Below are positions 60,842 through 64,000 of a DNA stretch of 64,000 bases, piece after piece. The position numbers and the translations under genes are program-made. Positions within the stretch are counted from its first letter, which is position 1. Each line of letters begins with the position of its first letter. A model generated the notes under the pieces. It did no database searches. It saw only the letters and a program-made list of their open reading frames with translations, and was not told where the DNA came from. Source of the stretch: Actinomycetota bacterium (GTDB lineage Bacteria > Actinomycetota > UBA4738 > JBJMLN01); contig JBJMLN010000009.1 of the NCBI GenBank assembly GCA_045805285.1, forward strand, positions 4,317 to 68,316, read 5' to 3'.

Positions 60842-63315
60842 CCGTCTGAACGCGTCGCTCGCGACGCGAGCTGGCGTCGTTCCCGTCGTCGTTCCCGCGT
60901 GACGGCGAACGCGATTCCGACGAGCAGCAGCAGCCAAACGACGCCGGACGCGAGGAGTCCCTCTCCGATGCGCGGGTCGTCGTAGGTGAACCGCACCGTT
61001 GAGTTTCCCGCAGGAACGGCGACGGCCTGCAAGAAGTAGTCGGCGCGCAGGATCGGCGCCGGCCGACCGTCGATCGTCGCGTGCCACGCGCGGTCGTAGG
61101 GCTCGCGGAGCAGGAGAAGCGCCGGCTCCTCCGACCGGACGGAGACGTCCACCTCAGAGGTGCCGTTCGGCCGCGTCTCCGCGGAGCCCGGGGGGGCGCC
61201 ATCCGTCGCGGCAGGAACACCGGTGGGAAGGGACGGACGCTGTTCCACGACCGCCGTGGCTGCGGGATCGAAGCCCGGCACGAGGATGCGGCGGAGCGCT
61301 CCGGCGCCGTCGGAGGCGACCGACCACGCCGGAACGACCGACGCGCGTGGCTCTGCGCCCGTGATGGCGTACAGGTCGTAGCCGTACTCCCGGGCGACGA
61401 CGCGTCCGGAGACCGGCGGCGGGATCCCCGACGGAACGACGAGATAGCGCACGCCGAGGAGCTGCGCGTTCTGAAGCGTCGGCCGTTGGATCACCGATGC
61501 GTTGTAGAAGATCGACAGGTCGTCGGTCGCGCGCACGTATGACCAGTAGCGCGGGAGCTGCAACGGGTTGTAGCCGAGCGCGTCCTCGATCCCGAAGAGC
61601 GTTCCGCGTCCGTCGGCGAGCGCGGGCCAGTCCTGCGGCTGCTGATTGAACAGATAGCCCTTCTCGAAGTACGAGGCGTCCGGCGCCCACGTCAGGTACC
61701 GCCCCGGATGCGTCTGCAGGTAGCGCGCGATCGGGCCGGGCGTCGTGTAATCCGCGATGGAGACGTCCGGCCATCGCACCGGTCCGGCGAGCAGGTTCGG
61801 ACCCGTCGTCCCCTCCAGCCCGAGGAACACGGTTCCGCCTGAGTAGACCTGCGCATAGATCGCGCCCGCGAAGAGCTCCACGGCGAGCACACCGACGATC
61901 ACGAGCGGCATCCACCTCCACCGCCCGATCAGCAGCAGGAGCGGAGCGGCGATCGCGATCCCGATCGCGAGCGGGACGAACCGCACGAGGTCCGCGCCGA
62001 ACAGCAGCGGCAGGCCGAGGAACACGATCGCTCCCGAGGCGATCCACGCGATCCCGTTGCGACCGACGCGCAGCGGCCGCTCGATCAATCCCTGGAGTCC
62101 GACGGCGCCCAGCACGGGAACGACGAGGAAGATCAGATATCGAAGCCTCCCGGGGTTGTGGAGGTAGACGTCACCGAAGGGGAGGCGCAGCACGAATGCG
62201 CGGAACCACGACGCCGTGATCAGCGCATCGAGCGTCAGGACGTAGGCGATGACGCCCGTCAGGAAGAACGCCATCGCGAGATAGCGGTAGCGTGGCGTCC
62301 GGAGCGCGAGCGGAACCGCAAGGAGCGTCACCGCGCCCGCGTACGCACCGGGAGCGCTTCCGACCACGAACGGCCATCCGCTGAAGACGCCGTTCGTCAT
62401 GAGCGGCCGGTCGTGGATGCCCGCCACCTGCGCGAGGCGTGCTCCGAGCGCCGCGTAGCCGCCGCGGAGGCTCGAGCGCGCGATCACCGACAGCCGCGGA
62501 ACGAACACCGCGAGTGTCGCGAGCGGAAGGAACCCCAGGAACAGCAGGACGCGCCCGATCGCCGGGAGCGGCCGGACCCTGCCGCGACGAACGTCCTGGA
62601 GCGAGCGCGCGACGACGTAGGCGGCCGTGACGAGCGTGCACATCGCGAGCCCGTGGCTCATGTGCGCGTTCGCCACCTGGCTCCACGCGAACCCCGACAA
62701 CGCCATCCACGCGAGCCGCCGCGACCATCGGGACGCCCTCAGGTACCCCGCCGCGCCGACGAGGACAAACGGCGTCCACGCGAGCGTTCCTGCGAACGGA
62801 AGCGAGATGCCGATCTGCGACACGGCGATCATCACGGCGATCGACAGCCCGCCGAGCGTCGCGGCGATGCGCCCGACGTCTTCCTTGCGGAGGAACCAGT
62901 AGATGCCGAGCCCGGCGAGCAGCGGCTGCACGACGATGAACAGCCGCAGCGCGGTGCCACACGAGAACAGCGAGAACAGCGCCATCGCGGGGACGTAGAG
63001 CCAGCCGGACTGGGGGTCCGCGGCGAACGGCGTTCCGGCGAACTGGAAGGGGTTCCACGCCGGGATGTGACCGGCCGCGAGGCTCCGGCCGAGGAAGCAG
63101 TACTGTGGGAGCCAGAACGCCAGGATGTCGGGGTGCCGGTTCGTGAGGAGCGGCTCGAACGCGAACCCGCGCATCGCGAACAGCACCGACGCCACGATCA
63201 GCGACGGGCCCGCGAGCGCGCGTCCGATCCGCCGCCGTCGCTCGGTACGCTCGCTCGGCGGAGGCGTCTCCCCGGCGCCCGGCTCCGCTTGCGCTCGTCG
63301 CGTGAGGATCGTCAT
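60829..63315 (-). CDS. YfhO-like (GT-C type) multi-TM membrane protein
   Basis: [18 protein letters not shown], many TM helices, C-terminal W.ATIDG....ILRADY..QAV.VPAG...V.FTY. Confidence 0.85.
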   Translation of the reverse strand: MTILTRRAQAEPGAGETPPPSERTERRRRIGRALAGPSLIVASVLFAMRGFAFEPLLTNRHPDILAFWLPQYCFLGRSLAAGHIPAWNPFQFAGTPFAADPQSGWLYVPAMALFSLFSCGTALRLFIVVQPLLAGLGIYWFLRKEDVGRIAATLGGLSIAVMIAVSQIGISLPFAGTLAWTPFVLVGAAGYLRASRWSRRLAWMALSGFAWSQVANAHMSHGLAMCTLVTAAYVVARSLQDVRRGRVRPLPAIGRVLLFLGFLPLATLAVFVPRLSVIARSSLRGGYAALGARLAQVAGIHDRPLMTNGVFSGWPFVVGSAPGAYAGAVTLLAVPLALRTPRYRYLAMAFFLTGVIAYVLTLDALITASWFRAFVLRLPFGDVYLHNPGRLRYLIFLVVPVLGAVGLQGLIERPLRVGRNGIAWIASGAIVFLGLPLLFGADLVRFVPLAIGIAIAAPLLLLIGRWRWMPLVIVGVLAVELFAGAIYAQVYSGGTVFLGLEGTTGPNLLAGPVRWPDVSIADYTTPGPIARYLQTHPGRYLTWAPDASYFEKGYLFNQQPQDWPALADGRGTLFGIEDALGYNPLQLPRYWSYVRATDDLSIFYNASVIQRPTLQNAQLLGVRYLVVPSGIPPPVSGRVVAREYGYDLYAITGAEPRASVVPAWSVASDGAGALRRILVPGFDPAATAVVEQRPSLPTGVPAATDGAPPGSAETRPNGTSEVDVSVRSEEPALLLLREPYDRAWHATIDGRPAPILRADYFLQAVAVPAGNSTVRFTYDDPRIGEGLLASGVVWLLLLVGIAFAVTRERRRERRQLASRATRSDGYAA

Positions 63316-63456
63316 CGCGGCGCTAGGGTATCGGCGAGCCCGATCGCCTGCGGTTTCCCGCCGGTGCGACGGTGCGGACGTCTTGTGCTTGCTTCATCCA
63401 TGAGCGCGAGACCCTCTGATAGACTGCGCCGTCATCCAACTTCCCCTGCGTACGCG

Positions 63457-64000
63457 ATGATTAGCGTTCAACACGTCTCCAAGGTCTATCGGGGCTCGGT
63501 GCCGGCCCTCGACGGCGTCAACGTCGAGGTCGAGAAGGGCGAGTTCGTCTTCATCGTCGGCCCCTCCGGCTCGGGCAAGTCCACTTTCATCCGCCTCCTG
63601 CTGAAGGAGGAGGAGCCGACGAAGGGCCAGATCTTCGTCGCCGGAAAGCGCCTCGACCGCATGAACTCCTGGAAGATCCCGCACCTGCGCCGGAACATCG
63701 GAACGGTGTTCCAGGACTTCAAGCTCCTCGCCGACAAGACCGTGTTCGAGAACGTCGCCTTCGCGCTCGACGTGATCGGAAAGCCCAAGAGCGTCGTCGA
63801 CGCGCGCGTGCCGGAGATCCTCGAGCTCGTGGGCCTCGGAGAGAAGCTGAACAGTTATCCGGACGAGCTCTCCGGCGGCGAGCAGCAGCGCGTCTCCATC
63901 GCGCGTGCGTGTGTGAACCGACCGCTGATCCTGCTCGCCGACGAGCCGACGGGGAACCTCGACCCGGCGACGTCGGTGGACATCATGAGGCTGCTGGATC
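63457..64000 (+). CDS. ftsE: Cell-division ABC ATPase FtsE (3' end outside window)
   Basis: [11 protein letters not shown]...[42 protein letters not shown]. Confidence 0.92.
   Translation, partial: MISVQHVSKVYRGSVPALDGVNVEVEKGEFVFIVGPSGSGKSTFIRLLLKEEEPTKGQIFVAGKRLDRMNSWKIPHLRRNIGTVFQDFKLLADKTVFENVAFALDVIGKPKSVVDARVPEILELVGLGEKLNSYPDELSGGEQQRVSIARACVNRPLILLADEPTGNLDPATSVDIMRLLD

Overview
High-GC (about 70%) core chromosomal segment of an Actinomycetota-like bacterium, probably a deep-branching lineage. It has the actinobacterial fbiAB/whiB/DUF3499/manB/ahcY/comF/hpf/secA/prfB/ftsE gene order, but also a frameshifted prfB, a short HPF and an archaeal-type PGI/PMI. From left to right: a 2-TM sensor-like protein of more than 1000 aa with a giant coiled coil (runs off the left edge); a nurA-herA-sbcD(mre11)-sbcC(rad50) operon; thioesterase and aconitase; signalling genes (GAF-PAS kinase, SigK/RskA-like pair, REC-GGDEF); an LCP/rml/GT/wzm-wzt surface-glycan cluster; three His-motif membrane-anchored proteins; an NCS2 permease; F420 genes fbiB-fbiA/fbiC; whiB followed by a 143-aa ultra-basic protein built of ARKST pentapeptides (the histone H3 K9 motif); envelope and sugar/SAH genes; comF, a raiA-motif ncRNA and hpf; a response regulator; secA; prfB (+1 frameshift); a YfhO-like protein; and the start of ftsE. 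No mobile elements, CRISPR arrays, tRNAs or rRNAs were seen. The strongest novelty candidates are the whiB-ARKST operon with its palindromic operators and the giant sensor/coiled-coil protein. All family assignments come from motif recognition by eye; no searches were run.
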